Origin: an uncultured Alphaproteobacteria bacterium | Lineage (GTDB): Bacteria > Pseudomonadota > Alphaproteobacteria > UBA9655 | Reading direction: 5' to 3' | Assembly (NCBI GenBank): GCA_964474215.1 | Contig: CAYYRQ010000006.1 | Location: forward strand, 15,348 to 79,347 | DNA length: 64,000 nt | In this document: positions 20,138 through 29,101 of the stretch, piece by piece | How positions within the stretch are numbered: the stretch's first letter is position 1 | Layout of the letters: every line of letters begins with the position of its first letter | Notes under the pieces: model-generated | The model's input: the letters and a program-made list of their open reading frames with translations, nothing else | The model's database searches: none | Told to the model about the DNA's origin: nothing | Position numbers and translations under genes: made by a program

Positions 20138-21112
20138 TTATTTCCCAACAGCAACCATCTCTGAAGAATATAGTTTTACATACTCAAAAGGAATGGATGC
20201 GAAACCCTTGTGACCCCAAATTGTTCCCCAACTGTTTTTGAATGTAAAGCTTTGGGCCTCCCAATCATATCCCGATAAGGTTACTGCATGCCATCCTATG
20301 GACTGCTGCCATTGGTCAGGCATTGAAACTTCACTTGATTCCCAGCAACCTTCAAAAATAGGAAGCGCAACCGCTACAGGCATATCCATTGATAAGGCTT
20401 TAACGGCTGAAGTTGCATTAGCATCTGCTGGTATTCCTATTTGGCTTGCCTGACTTAGAGGTTTTTGACCACGTAATGCCATACTCAATGCTTTGTGGGA
20501 CACGTGGTGCAGCGGGTACAACTGTGAAAACCTATAACCAACATCAGCTGTTGTTCCAGAAAGCTGGATGTCTGTTCCAATTGCGGCCATGGTTCTATTA
20601 TAAGATACAACACCACCTCGTCTATCCTTGAAACAGATTTCAGGCGATTTAATACTTGAAAGGCCCTTAACTGAAACGCCTGAACTTTGAGCAACATAGT
20701 TTAAATAAGTGCTATAAGGCAGACGGTGTTCGTCTATAAATCCATAGTTCTTCGCTACTGTTAGCGCTTTTCCAAGATATAGGCCCGGACGACAGTCTCC
20801 GCTTTCCGTTTCAGAGAGCTGAGTTTCAGCGAGAACCGTAAATTCACCAGCGGAAAAACGATGGGTCGGATAGTAATGCTCTCCACAGGCAACAGCTGTG
20901 AAGCTGGCACATGTTCCAATTGGTCCCTGATTGGAAGCAGGAGTCATATCAAGTGATACATTCCTTGGTATACTTCTCACAACAGGAAGTTTTCTTTGGG
21001 TATAGTGCCCCAGAGGTGTTTCCTCCAATGATGCAATGTGTCCACTTGCAAGCGCTGTTGTGCTTGTAATGAACAAAAGTGTGAACTGTAGAGTTGAAAT
21101 TCTTTTCGTCAT
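20138..21112 (-). CDS. Secreted papain-like (C1 family) cysteine peptidase
   Basis: Signal peptide MTKRISTLQFTLLFITSTTALA. NQGPIGTCASF (Gln plus catalytic Cys), GWHAVTLSGY (His), FKNSWGTIWG (Asn-Ser-Trp). Confidence 0.75.
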   Translation of the reverse strand: MTKRISTLQFTLLFITSTTALASGHIASLEETPLGHYTQRKLPVVRSIPRNVSLDMTPASNQGPIGTCASFTAVACGEHYYPTHRFSAGEFTVLAETQLSETESGDCRPGLYLGKALTVAKNYGFIDEHRLPYSTYLNYVAQSSGVSVKGLSSIKSPEICFKDRRGGVVSYNRTMAAIGTDIQLSGTTADVGYRFSQLYPLHHVSHKALSMALRGQKPLSQASQIGIPADANATSAVKALSMDMPVAVALPIFEGCWESSEVSMPDQWQQSIGWHAVTLSGYDWEAQSFTFKNSWGTIWGHKGFASIPFEYVKLYSSEMVAVGK

Positions 21113-21225
21113 GGTATGTCCTCATCTGTTTGTGGTGCGTTGATAATATTGATTCAAGAGGAGGGGAAAACTTATCCGGTAGACTTACCTGGTTAACTGA
21201 ACTAGGTACATTTTATTCATGCCAC

Positions 21226-21240
21226 TTAACGATTCGTTAA
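21226..21240. promoter_or_regulatory. 15-bp perfect palindrome TTAACGA-T-TCGTTAA, also a perfect TTAA-N7-TTAA box
   Basis: Lies in the divergent region, 114 nt from the C1 peptidase start and 47 nt upstream of ATG 21287. Confidence 0.4.
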
Positions 21241-21286
21241 AGTTTATAAATCATACTTTTTATAAAACAAAAAAAGGTGAGCTTAC

Positions 21287-21478
21287 ATGCATCGTTTCTT
21301 TAGTCTAGTGATCATAGCAAGTACAATATGTACCCTTTATAATAACCCAGTTCGGGCTGACTTATGTCAAACAAGTCACGATGGGTGAATGAGAGGGTGT
21401 GAGCCTATCGAAAATAGATATTATCAAGCCCAATGCCATGCGGCATGTGGTAGTGGACTTGCTTGCTGCCGTAATTAG
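21287..21478 (+). CDS. Small secreted cysteine-rich peptide ORF interrupted by an in-frame TGA (codon 34)
   Basis: AAGGTGA RBS. MHRFFSLVIIASTICTLYNNPVRA signal-like, then DLCQTSHDG, TGA (21386-21388), MRGCEPIENRYYQAQCHAACGSGLACCRN, TAG (21476-21478), then a hairpin terminator. Confidence 0.35.
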
Positions 21479-21487
21479 ATCAAAAAG

Positions 21488-21513
21488 AAAGCCCACCAAG
21501 TAGGCGGGCTTTT
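21488..21513. terminator. Bidirectional hairpin terminator between the small ORF and the DUF465 gene
   Basis: AAAGCCCACC-aagta-GGCGGGCTTT with one mismatch and T/A runs on both sides. Confidence 0.6.
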
Positions 21514-21533
21514 AGAGGAACAAATGAAATATA

Positions 21534-21695
21534 TTACGCTAAGGAGAATAATCTTTCCTTTAAGCGAAGACGTTTAAGCTTCAGATTAAAAAGGAGAGTT
21601 GTATCCGGCATCGGACGATTGATTTCGTCATGGATACGCTCATTAATATCATCATATTTTTTTCTAAGACTCATAATATGGTTGGAAACGGTCAT
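21534..21695 (-). CDS. DUF465 (YdcH-like) small protein
   Basis: 53 aa from the ATG preceded by AAGGAGG. The pattern ...HDEINRPMPDTTLLFNLKLKRLRLKERL is typical of DUF465. Confidence 0.7.
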   Translation of the reverse strand: MTVSNHIMSLRKKYDDINERIHDEINRPMPDTTLLFNLKLKRLRLKERLFSLA

Positions 21696-21748
21696 TTGTT
21701 CGCCTCCTTTGCTTATGTTGACCACCTACTAAGTAGGATACTTAAATG

Positions 21749-21763
21749 TTAATACAAAATTAA
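21749..21763. promoter_or_regulatory. TTAA-N7-TTAA box TTAATACAAAATTAA
   Basis: Read from the sequence, in the DUF465/ctrA divergent region. Confidence 0.4.
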
Positions 21764-21830
21764 GATTTGTCAAATTTTTGTAACATATTATATATACGCG
21801 AAAAAATCACATTAAGCCAGTTTTGATTAC

Positions 21831-21845
21831 TTAACACATTGTTAA
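21831..21845. promoter_or_regulatory. TTAA-N7-TTAA box TTAACACATTGTTAA
   Basis: Read from the sequence, ~280 nt upstream of ctrA. Confidence 0.4.
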
Positions 21846-22024
21846 TATACATCTTTTAGAATAAAAAAAAATTGATAGTGAAGAAATAGATGTTTAACTG
21901 CATGTGAAGGAAAGGGACTCACGTTGCTCCTGGGGTGAGCGTCCAAAAATCGTTAAAAATTCTTCTCTTCTTAACCCTTTGAAATGATGCATGAATGTTA
22001 CAATGACTGGCTTTTTGGAAAAAA

Positions 22025-22039
22025 TTAACGTAAAATTAA
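22025..22039. promoter_or_regulatory. TTAA-N7-TTAA box TTAACGTAAAATTAA, 83 nt upstream of the ctrA ATG
   Basis: Read from the sequence. The position is compatible with CtrA autoregulation as known in Caulobacter. Confidence 0.5.
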
Positions 22040-22121
22040 CCAAAAGCTTGCTAAAAGTTAATTATTGGGACTTAATTTTAATAGTTTGTAACAACTTTAA
22101 CCTCTACAGGGAGGAGGATAA

Positions 22122-22856
22122 ATGCGAATTTTACTCGTTGAGGACGATACATCGACTGCGAAAACTGTTGAGCTTACACTCAGAGCAGAAGGATTTGTCG
22201 TTGACACAACGGATCTAGGGGAGGATGGAATAGAGATTGGGAAGCTCTATGACTATGATTTAATCATACTAGATCTGATGTTACCCGATATGGATGGATA
22301 TGAAGTTCTTCGTCGCTTAAGAGCTTCCAACATCGCAACACCTATTCTTATTTTATCTGGATTGAGTGAAATTTCAGATAAAGTGAAGGGGCTTGGCTTT
22401 GGTGCGGATGACTATCTTACTAAACCATTTAATAAAAATGAGCTGACGGCTCGTGTCCAAGCCATTATCCGTCGTTCAAAAGGCCATGCTGAATCTATCA
22501 TACGAACAGGGCGTCTTGTTGTGAACCTGCAAGCACGCACCGTTGAAATAGATGGGCGTCCAATTCGCCTGACTGGCAAAGAATATGCGATTCTTGAACT
22601 GTTATCCTTAAGAAAGGGATCAACTCTCACGAAAGAGATGTTCTTAAATCACCTCTATGGTGGGATTGACGAGCCAGAACTTAAAATCATCGACGTCTTT
22701 ATCTGTAAGCTCCGCAAAAAGCTATGCGATGCTTTAGAAGGAGACAACTACATTGAAACGGTTTGGGGCAGGGGCTACGTTCTTCGAGACTCCCAAGAAG
22801 CCATAAAAAAAAATGATACAGCATCACAAAAAGTAGCATCTCAGCGCTTAGCATGA
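22122..22856 (+). CDS. ctrA: Cell-cycle response regulator CtrA (OmpR family)
   Basis: Near-identical to Caulobacter CtrA as I recall it across [52 protein letters not shown] and [13 protein letters not shown]. Receiver Asp in [24 protein letters not shown]. Confidence 0.95.
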   Translation: MRILLVEDDTSTAKTVELTLRAEGFVVDTTDLGEDGIEIGKLYDYDLIILDLMLPDMDGYEVLRRLRASNIATPILILSGLSEISDKVKGLGFGADDYLTKPFNKNELTARVQAIIRRSKGHAESIIRTGRLVVNLQARTVEIDGRPIRLTGKEYAILELLSLRKGSTLTKEMFLNHLYGGIDEPELKIIDVFICKLRKKLCDALEGDNYIETVWGRGYVLRDSQEAIKKNDTASQKVASQRLA

Positions 22857-22867
22857 TGAGTGATCTA

Positions 22868-22903
22868 CCCCTCTCTTTTCCCTTTAAAGGGGATAAGAGG
22901 GGG
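22868..22903 (+). terminator. Long imperfect inverted repeat just after the ctrA stop (putative terminator)
   Basis: CCCCTCTCTTTTCCCTTT / AAAGGGGATAAGAGGGGG. No clear T-run follows. Confidence 0.45.
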
Positions 22904-23456
22904 ATTTATGTATCAAATGCATAGCCCACACTTGTAACTCATTACTGTCTAGGGTTTTAACCATACATATACTTGTACGCCTATGCTGACTTTATAACGG
23001 AGTCAGGCAATAGGATGAATATATTTTAATAACGGCTCTTATCTTACACGTATGCGTATTTGGGTAATCGCTAGTTTCGGCAAAGACAAAAGTTAAGTGT
23101 CCTTCTAAAGAGGATGGTAAAACTTATTGTAAGAAGTATCCTGGGGGTAATTGGGGATTGTATTGTAGGCATGGTTACTTTAGTTTTGTGGATCTTTGTA
23201 GTACCAATTCTGCCAATCCTTCATTTCTTGAATTGCACAACAAATCAATCGCGTGTTCGCAGGGTAGAGCTCAATGCATAGATGGTCTTGGTGGTGCAAA
23301 AGATAAGTGCAACCTTCTTAACGATAAGAAATAATCGCTTTCATTAACCGCAATGATGCAAGTTTGCTGGCTTTGGTTATGACAATCTGCCGAAGCGAAA
23401 TTGAAGACGCAGAAGCAATCCAAACTTTACACCATTTTGCTCAGAATGAGTATATT

Positions 23457-25400
23457 TTACGTATCTAAGAAGCTTCGCAGTTTGCGTGAACGACTTGGGT
23501 GCTTAAGTTTCCGCAGAGCCTTTGCTTCAATCTGACGGATACGCTCACGTGTCACGGCAAACTGTTGACCAACTTCCTCAAGGGTATGGTCTGTATTCAT
23601 CCCAATACCAAACCGCATACGAAGAACACGCTCTTCACGAGGAGTGAGGCTGGCAAGTACACGTGTTGTCGTTTCCCTCAAGTTCGAAAGAACAGCTGCA
23701 TCCACAGGTACAACAGCATTCTTGTCTTCGATGAAATCACCCAAATGACCATCTTCCTCATCACCAATAGGGGTTTCAAGGCTGATAGGCTCTTTTGCAA
23801 TCTTCATAACCTTACGGACCTTGTCCAAAGGCATCTTAAGTTTATTAGCAAGCTCTTCAGGAGTCGGTTCACGGCCAATCTCATGGAGCATTTGACGTGA
23901 TGTTCGAACCAATTTGTTGATGGTTTCAATCATATGCACAGGAATACGGATCGTACGTGCTTGGTCAGCAATAGACCTTGTAATTGCTTGTCGAATCCAC
24001 CATGTCGCATAGGTTGAGAACTTGTAACCACGACGATACTCGAACTTATCAACGGCCTTCATCAAACCAATGTTTCCTTCTTGGATCAGATCAAGGAACT
24101 GCAGACCGCGGTTTGTGTACTTTTTCGCAATGGAAATAACAAGACGAAGGTTAGCTTCAATCATTTCTTTCTTAGCACGCGTTGAGTCACGCTCACCTTT
24201 TTGAACGGTTCCAACAATTCGCCTAAATTCAGAAGTAGGGAGGCCAGATTCTGACGAAACCTCAGCAATAGCCTCTCGAATTTCTTGAGCTTCGTCCTTA
24301 TGTTTTTCAAGGAACGTACCCCATTCTTTGCCGGACAACGATTCAAGTTTTTGAAACCAATCTGGGTCTAATTCATGACCAAAATATTGTTCAAGGAACT
24401 TCTCGCGCTTGATCTTTGATGATTCAGCAAGCCTAAGAAGGCGACCTTCAAGACCAACAAGTTTGCGATTTAAATTATACAATTGTTCAACAAGTTGCTC
24501 GATTCTGGAAGAGTTAAGATGGATACCTTCCATAAGCTCAACAAGCTTATGCTTGAGATCTTCATACTTCTTCTCCGTTGCAGCTTTGGGTTCTTTACCA
24601 TCTTGTATAGCTTCTAAACGTTGCAATTGTACTTTGCGAAGTTGATCATAAGTCTTGGCAATTTGTTCGAAAGTTGTGACAACTTGTGGGCGCAATGACG
24701 TTTCCATAGCAGAAACAGAAAGACCGCTGCCATCATCAAAGCCCTCTTCACCGTCTTCATCTTCTGAAGCTTCTCTTTCATGAGGTTGTTCATTCATCAG
24801 AGGTGTTTCTTCATCAAAGTTTTCAGGGTCATCGTCTTCAGATGGTCCGTCTGAATACGTCGATTCAATGTCAATAATGTCGCGCAAGAGCATTTGATCT
24901 TCGAGGAGAGCCTGTTGCCAATGAACGATAGCCCGAATTGTAAGTGGGCTTTCGCAAATTGCACCAATAAGCATTTCGCGGCCAGATTCAATTCTTTTGG
25001 CTATTTCTATTTCACCTTCGCGGGATAGAAGTTCAACACTACCCATTTCACGAAGATATAATCGAACAGGATCGTCCGTACGTCCTGCTTCTGAAGCCTC
25101 TTCGGCTTCATTTTCATCATCGGAAGAATCTTCTTTTTCCGTCGATTCGCTGGAATCTTGCTCAGCTTCTTCGTCCTCAATGACATTAATGCCTAAGTCT
25201 GAGATCATTGACATAATGTCTTCAATTTGTTCAGAGTTGAGTTTATCTTCTGGAAGATGCTCATTGAGCTCTTCATAAGTGATGTAACCACGTTGCTTCC
25301 CTTTGCTCAGAAGCAGCTTTAGGGCTTTTTCATCCTTGTAGTTATTTTCTTTTTCTTCCATAGTGTTTTGCTCAACTGCTGAATTTGATCTGGTAGACAT
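23457..25400 (-). CDS. rpoD: RNA polymerase sigma-70 factor RpoD
   Basis: 647 aa with an acidic region 1, [27 protein letters not shown] (region 2) and region 4.2 [24 protein letters not shown]. Confidence 0.97.
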   Translation of the reverse strand: MSTRSNSAVEQNTMEEKENNYKDEKALKLLLSKGKQRGYITYEELNEHLPEDKLNSEQIEDIMSMISDLGINVIEDEEAEQDSSESTEKEDSSDDENEAEEASEAGRTDDPVRLYLREMGSVELLSREGEIEIAKRIESGREMLIGAICESPLTIRAIVHWQQALLEDQMLLRDIIDIESTYSDGPSEDDDPENFDEETPLMNEQPHEREASEDEDGEEGFDDGSGLSVSAMETSLRPQVVTTFEQIAKTYDQLRKVQLQRLEAIQDGKEPKAATEKKYEDLKHKLVELMEGIHLNSSRIEQLVEQLYNLNRKLVGLEGRLLRLAESSKIKREKFLEQYFGHELDPDWFQKLESLSGKEWGTFLEKHKDEAQEIREAIAEVSSESGLPTSEFRRIVGTVQKGERDSTRAKKEMIEANLRLVISIAKKYTNRGLQFLDLIQEGNIGLMKAVDKFEYRRGYKFSTYATWWIRQAITRSIADQARTIRIPVHMIETINKLVRTSRQMLHEIGREPTPEELANKLKMPLDKVRKVMKIAKEPISLETPIGDEEDGHLGDFIEDKNAVVPVDAAVLSNLRETTTRVLASLTPREERVLRMRFGIGMNTDHTLEEVGQQFAVTRERIRQIEAKALRKLKHPSRSRKLRSFLDT

Positions 25401-25458
25401 CGGCTCAATCCTCTAGTTTTAATATTTAATAAACCATATTTTTCGTATGTTTTCCAAC

Positions 25459-27210
25459 TTAATCTTGCTTTAACGTTCCCGTTTTTAACATTTTTAACCT
25501 GTTCCATGTTTCAAGAGACATACAGCTCGCCAAGTCATCACGTGCATTTTTGACATCGAGTAAAGTCTCTTCCTTTCTCATTTGACAGACAATATCATTC
25601 CATCCTTGGAGCGCTACCTCATATGATGCAGTTGGCTCAGCGAAAGATCCATGAATAAGTACATTAGGGGAGAGGATATTTTCAAGTTCGTCCTTTAGGT
25701 CTGCATTTAAAAGAAACTCTTTAAGCTTACCATTACTCGGATCTTGGTGGGAATAAAACTCCAAGATACACTCTCTTACGCGATGAAGCGATTTATCTTT
25801 AAAATCTAAAGTCGCTAATTCATCACTACCTACATCTATTATTTTGGGATGGTTAATCAAAATTGCAAGTAGTAATTTCTCTTGAATGTTAATTAATTTT
25901 ATATTTCTAAGCTTATTTAGCTTACTGGGCTTATGAGAACTATTGGTACGGACGATCGTCCTATAGAATAGATCTTTAAAAGCATAGTGGTAGCTTTTTT
26001 TGACATCAGAATTCTTAATGGCATTCTCCCATAAGGCGCACTGTCTTTGGAGAGCCGCCTTTTGTTCAGGAGTTTTAAAAGATTTTCCATGGGTTAGAAT
26101 ATGCCATAACATGTCAACGAGAGAATAAGAGCTATCAAGGACTTTTTGAAAGTCATTCTTGCTTTGGACCAAGCTATCTGGATCTTCACCAGAAGGTAAA
26201 ATGCAAAACTTCAATGAATATCCAGGCTTGACGAGCGGTAAGACTCTTTCAGCTGCTCGTGATGCAGCTTTGAAGCCAGCAGGATCTCCGTCAAAGCAAA
26301 GAATTGGTTCTGGACATATGCGCCAAGCAAGCAGTATTTGATCTTCTGTTAATGCTGTACCTAAGGGCGCTACAGCTCCCGAATACCCAGCTTGCTGGAG
26401 GGATAATACATCTATATAGCCTTCAACAATGATAATAGGATCAGAATTTGGTTTATTTTTGGCAATATGATATCCATATAATAATTTGCTCTTCGCATAC
26501 ACCGTCGTTTCAGGAGAGTTTAAATACTTTGGCTCACCTTGCCCTATAAGCCGCCCTCCAAAGCCGACAATCTGACCCTTGTGGTCATGGATGGGAAAGA
26601 TAATCCGATGCCGAAAACGATCGTGTGGTTTGCTGTTTTCATCCTTTTGAGAAAGAAGCCCTGCCTTGAGCAAAGTTTCATTGGTGAATTTCTGCTGATT
26701 TAAATATTTTTCTACACCGTGAAAATCATCAGGAGCATAACCAATACAAAATTGTTTGAGAGTTGCATGACTTAGTCCCCTGTTTTCGATATATTTCAAA
26801 GCCTGTGTGTGCCTCATCAAAAAAAGGTTGTTTTGATACCATCGCGTTGCTTCTTGAAGTGCCTTATGTAGAGGCTCAAGGTCCTCTTTTTTTTCATATG
26901 GAACAGATGAAGCATCAGAAACGGGTAGGGGAAGTCCGGCTTTTTTAGCTAACTCAGTTACAGCTTCCGTGAATGTATAGTGTTGTGAGTCGGTCAAGAA
27001 TTTGATGGCGTCGCCATGAGCCCCGCAACCAAAACAGTGATAAAATTCTTTTTCTTCATTGACTGTAAATGATGGGGTTTTCTCATTGTGAAAAGGGCAA
27101 AGGCCCATATACTCACGGCCCTTTTTGACAAGCTTAACCTTCTGACCAACGACATCAGAAATTGATATACGCGAACGCAAGTGGTTTAAAAATCTGGTAT
27201 TAAACAGCAA
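25459..27210 (-). CDS. dnaG: DNA primase
   Basis: Zinc ribbon CPFHNEKTPSF...CFGCGAHGD, TOPRIM (VEGYIDV), and a position immediately upstream of rpoD. Confidence 0.93.
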   Translation of the reverse strand: MLFNTRFLNHLRSRISISDVVGQKVKLVKKGREYMGLCPFHNEKTPSFTVNEEKEFYHCFGCGAHGDAIKFLTDSQHYTFTEAVTELAKKAGLPLPVSDASSVPYEKKEDLEPLHKALQEATRWYQNNLFLMRHTQALKYIENRGLSHATLKQFCIGYAPDDFHGVEKYLNQQKFTNETLLKAGLLSQKDENSKPHDRFRHRIIFPIHDHKGQIVGFGGRLIGQGEPKYLNSPETTVYAKSKLLYGYHIAKNKPNSDPIIIVEGYIDVLSLQQAGYSGAVAPLGTALTEDQILLAWRICPEPILCFDGDPAGFKAASRAAERVLPLVKPGYSLKFCILPSGEDPDSLVQSKNDFQKVLDSSYSLVDMLWHILTHGKSFKTPEQKAALQRQCALWENAIKNSDVKKSYHYAFKDLFYRTIVRTNSSHKPSKLNKLRNIKLINIQEKLLLAILINHPKIIDVGSDELATLDFKDKSLHRVRECILEFYSHQDPSNGKLKEFLLNADLKDELENILSPNVLIHGSFAEPTASYEVALQGWNDIVCQMRKEETLLDVKNARDDLASCMSLETWNRLKMLKTGTLKQD

Positions 27211-27230
27211 AGTGGTTTCTCGTACCTTTA

Positions 27231-27704
27231 TTAATATTCTTTCACAGGAACGTTAACTGTATAATGTCGTCCATCTTTCAGCTCGAGATCAACTTGTATA
27301 ACGTCGCCCCATGTTATATCTCTATTCAGGTTACGGCACATAATATGCTTCGCACCCTGTCTAAAGGAAATATTTCCATGTTTTGGAACTTTGATTTTCC
27401 CAATTTTATGCATGCGCATGACTCCATTTTCATCGCGATGGTCATGGAGTTCAACATATTGGCAATTTTTGCTTGAGGCACCAATGATATCCGCATCTGT
27501 ATTACCGGTATTAACGACTTGCATGTAAATTGCAAGATTTCTTCCTTTGATACCAGGCCTTGTCCATGGTCGATTTACTGTGATAGGAGGTTGCGTGACT
27601 GGGGCCAAACGTTGCTCGTGGCCTTTGAACTCTATTTGGGTATGGTTGGCAAAAGAAGGTTCGTTAGCTGCTATGAGTACAAAAATGAGAAAAAGGTATT
27701 TCAT
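27231..27704 (-). CDS. Periplasmic copper chaperone PCu(A)C (DUF461)
   Basis: Signal peptide plus the VELHDH...GVMRMH...GAKHIM His/Met copper motif pattern. Confidence 0.7.
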   Translation of the reverse strand: MKYLFLIFVLIAANEPSFANHTQIEFKGHEQRLAPVTQPPITVNRPWTRPGIKGRNLAIYMQVVNTGNTDADIIGASSKNCQYVELHDHRDENGVMRMHKIGKIKVPKHGNISFRQGAKHIMCRNLNRDITWGDVIQVDLELKDGRHYTVNVPVKEY

Positions 27705-27706
27705 GA

Positions 27707-29017
27707 TTATTCCTTACTTGTATATTGTTCGTTTATAAAAATAACCACAAAACAAGCCAAAACAAGAGATATAATGATCGAACTCAAGGCAAACGTAAAG
27801 TCTGTTGGCAAATAAGTTCGAACACCATAAGTATAGGTACCGCTCCAAGAATAATCAAGCAACCATCCTATGAATGGCTGAAAGATGACACCGCTCATCA
27901 TACACAGCATATTGTGAAAGCCACCTGCGGTAGCGCTCACTGTTAAAGGATTCAAAGAACATGTCATAGAGAATGCCAAAAATTGCCCACCTAACCCAAA
28001 TCCAGTAAAAAACAAAAGGATAGAAAGTAGCCAGAAGGGTAAACCAGGAATATAAATAACAGCAGCTAAGCACGTAGCAGCTATAAAGGATGCAATAAAA
28101 ATTGTTGGCTTATAAGCATTTAAGAATTTAGCGATAAAAGGAAATAGAGGAGCACCTACGCCAATGCCGACGAGCATAATAGAATTCATGGCTCCAGCAG
28201 ATGATTTACTAACGCCATAGTTAGCCATAAAGAATGAAGGCCCCCATTGATCAATAAATCCGGATAGGGGAACATACATAAAAAAACCATATATAGCAAT
28301 AATCCAACTTTGTGGTTTCTTAGCAACTTCAAAGACGCTTTCTAAAAGTCCGAGTTGGGTTGTATGATCGACATCATCATCATGGCTATCAAGTATGGCT
28401 TGTTCTAAATGAGGAGGAGCTTTGTCTCGGACAAGCGTCCATGCAACAATTGCAAGGGCAAAGCCACCGAACGCAACAATCCACATGGCTTGACGCCAAC
28501 CAATATCATCAACGAGCCACCCCATAGGGAAGCCAGCTGATATGCCGCCCATCGTACCAAGAAATAACGTTAAGCCAACGACAAAGGGAAGCTTTTGAGG
28601 CGGGAACCACACCGTTCCCAACTTCAGGCAACTGAGAAATGCAAAAGCCGAACCAGCTCCAATCATCGCCCGACCAATCCCAGCAACAGGAATTGTATAG
28701 GCAGTTGAGAAAATAAGGGAGCCGACAGCGCATGTAATCGCGGCAAGCGTTAACATTCTTCGGGGTTTGAACCTGTCCATAAGTGATCCAACGGGTATTT
28801 GAAGCGATGTATATGCGTAGTAGTAGCAAGCGGTTAGAACGCCCAACGTACACGCATCTACATCGAAAGCCGCAATGAGGTCTTCAGACATGACACCTGG
28901 AGAAGCTCTGAGCATAAATTGATAGCAATAAAAAAGAGCAGCACAAGCCCAAATGAGCCAGCTTTTAGATAATTGAGATTGAGACTCATTTGTTTGGAGA
29001 GAGGTAGAAACGGTCAT
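27707..29017 (-). CDS. MFS transporter
   Basis: 436 aa, about 12 TM, with the loop motif GSLMDRFKPRR. Confidence 0.85.
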   Translation of the reverse strand: MTVSTSLQTNESQSQLSKSWLIWACAALFYCYQFMLRASPGVMSEDLIAAFDVDACTLGVLTACYYYAYTSLQIPVGSLMDRFKPRRMLTLAAITCAVGSLIFSTAYTIPVAGIGRAMIGAGSAFAFLSCLKLGTVWFPPQKLPFVVGLTLFLGTMGGISAGFPMGWLVDDIGWRQAMWIVAFGGFALAIVAWTLVRDKAPPHLEQAILDSHDDDVDHTTQLGLLESVFEVAKKPQSWIIAIYGFFMYVPLSGFIDQWGPSFFMANYGVSKSSAGAMNSIMLVGIGVGAPLFPFIAKFLNAYKPTIFIASFIAATCLAAVIYIPGLPFWLLSILLFFTGFGLGGQFLAFSMTCSLNPLTVSATAGGFHNMLCMMSGVIFQPFIGWLLDYSWSGTYTYGVRTYLPTDFTFALSSIIISLVLACFVVIFINEQYTSKE

Positions 29018-29101
29018 TTTACTTTCTAATCAATTCTAAAAAGTTGACTCTAGCTGTCATCACTTGGTTGGTCAATTGATTATAAACTAATAGTGTTCAA
29101 T

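Noticed and set aside
21386-21388. Selenocysteine reading of the in-frame TGA in the small Cys-rich ORF
   Set aside because: I could find no convincing stem-loop starting about 11 nt downstream of the UGA, as a bacterial SECIS requires. The only hairpin (ATGCC-atgc-GGCAT) lies about 45 nt away. The idea stays untested rather than supported.
21916-21945. Bulged hairpin GGACTCAC...GTGAGCGTCC in the ctrA leader region
   Set aside because: The stem is imperfect, no T-run follows, and it resembles no RNA family I recognise. Not enough to call an sRNA or attenuator.
22058-22075. TTAA-N10-TTAA upstream of ctrA, plus other TTAA pairs with N3 or N14 spacing
   Set aside because: The spacing is wrong for the CtrA consensus, so they were not counted.
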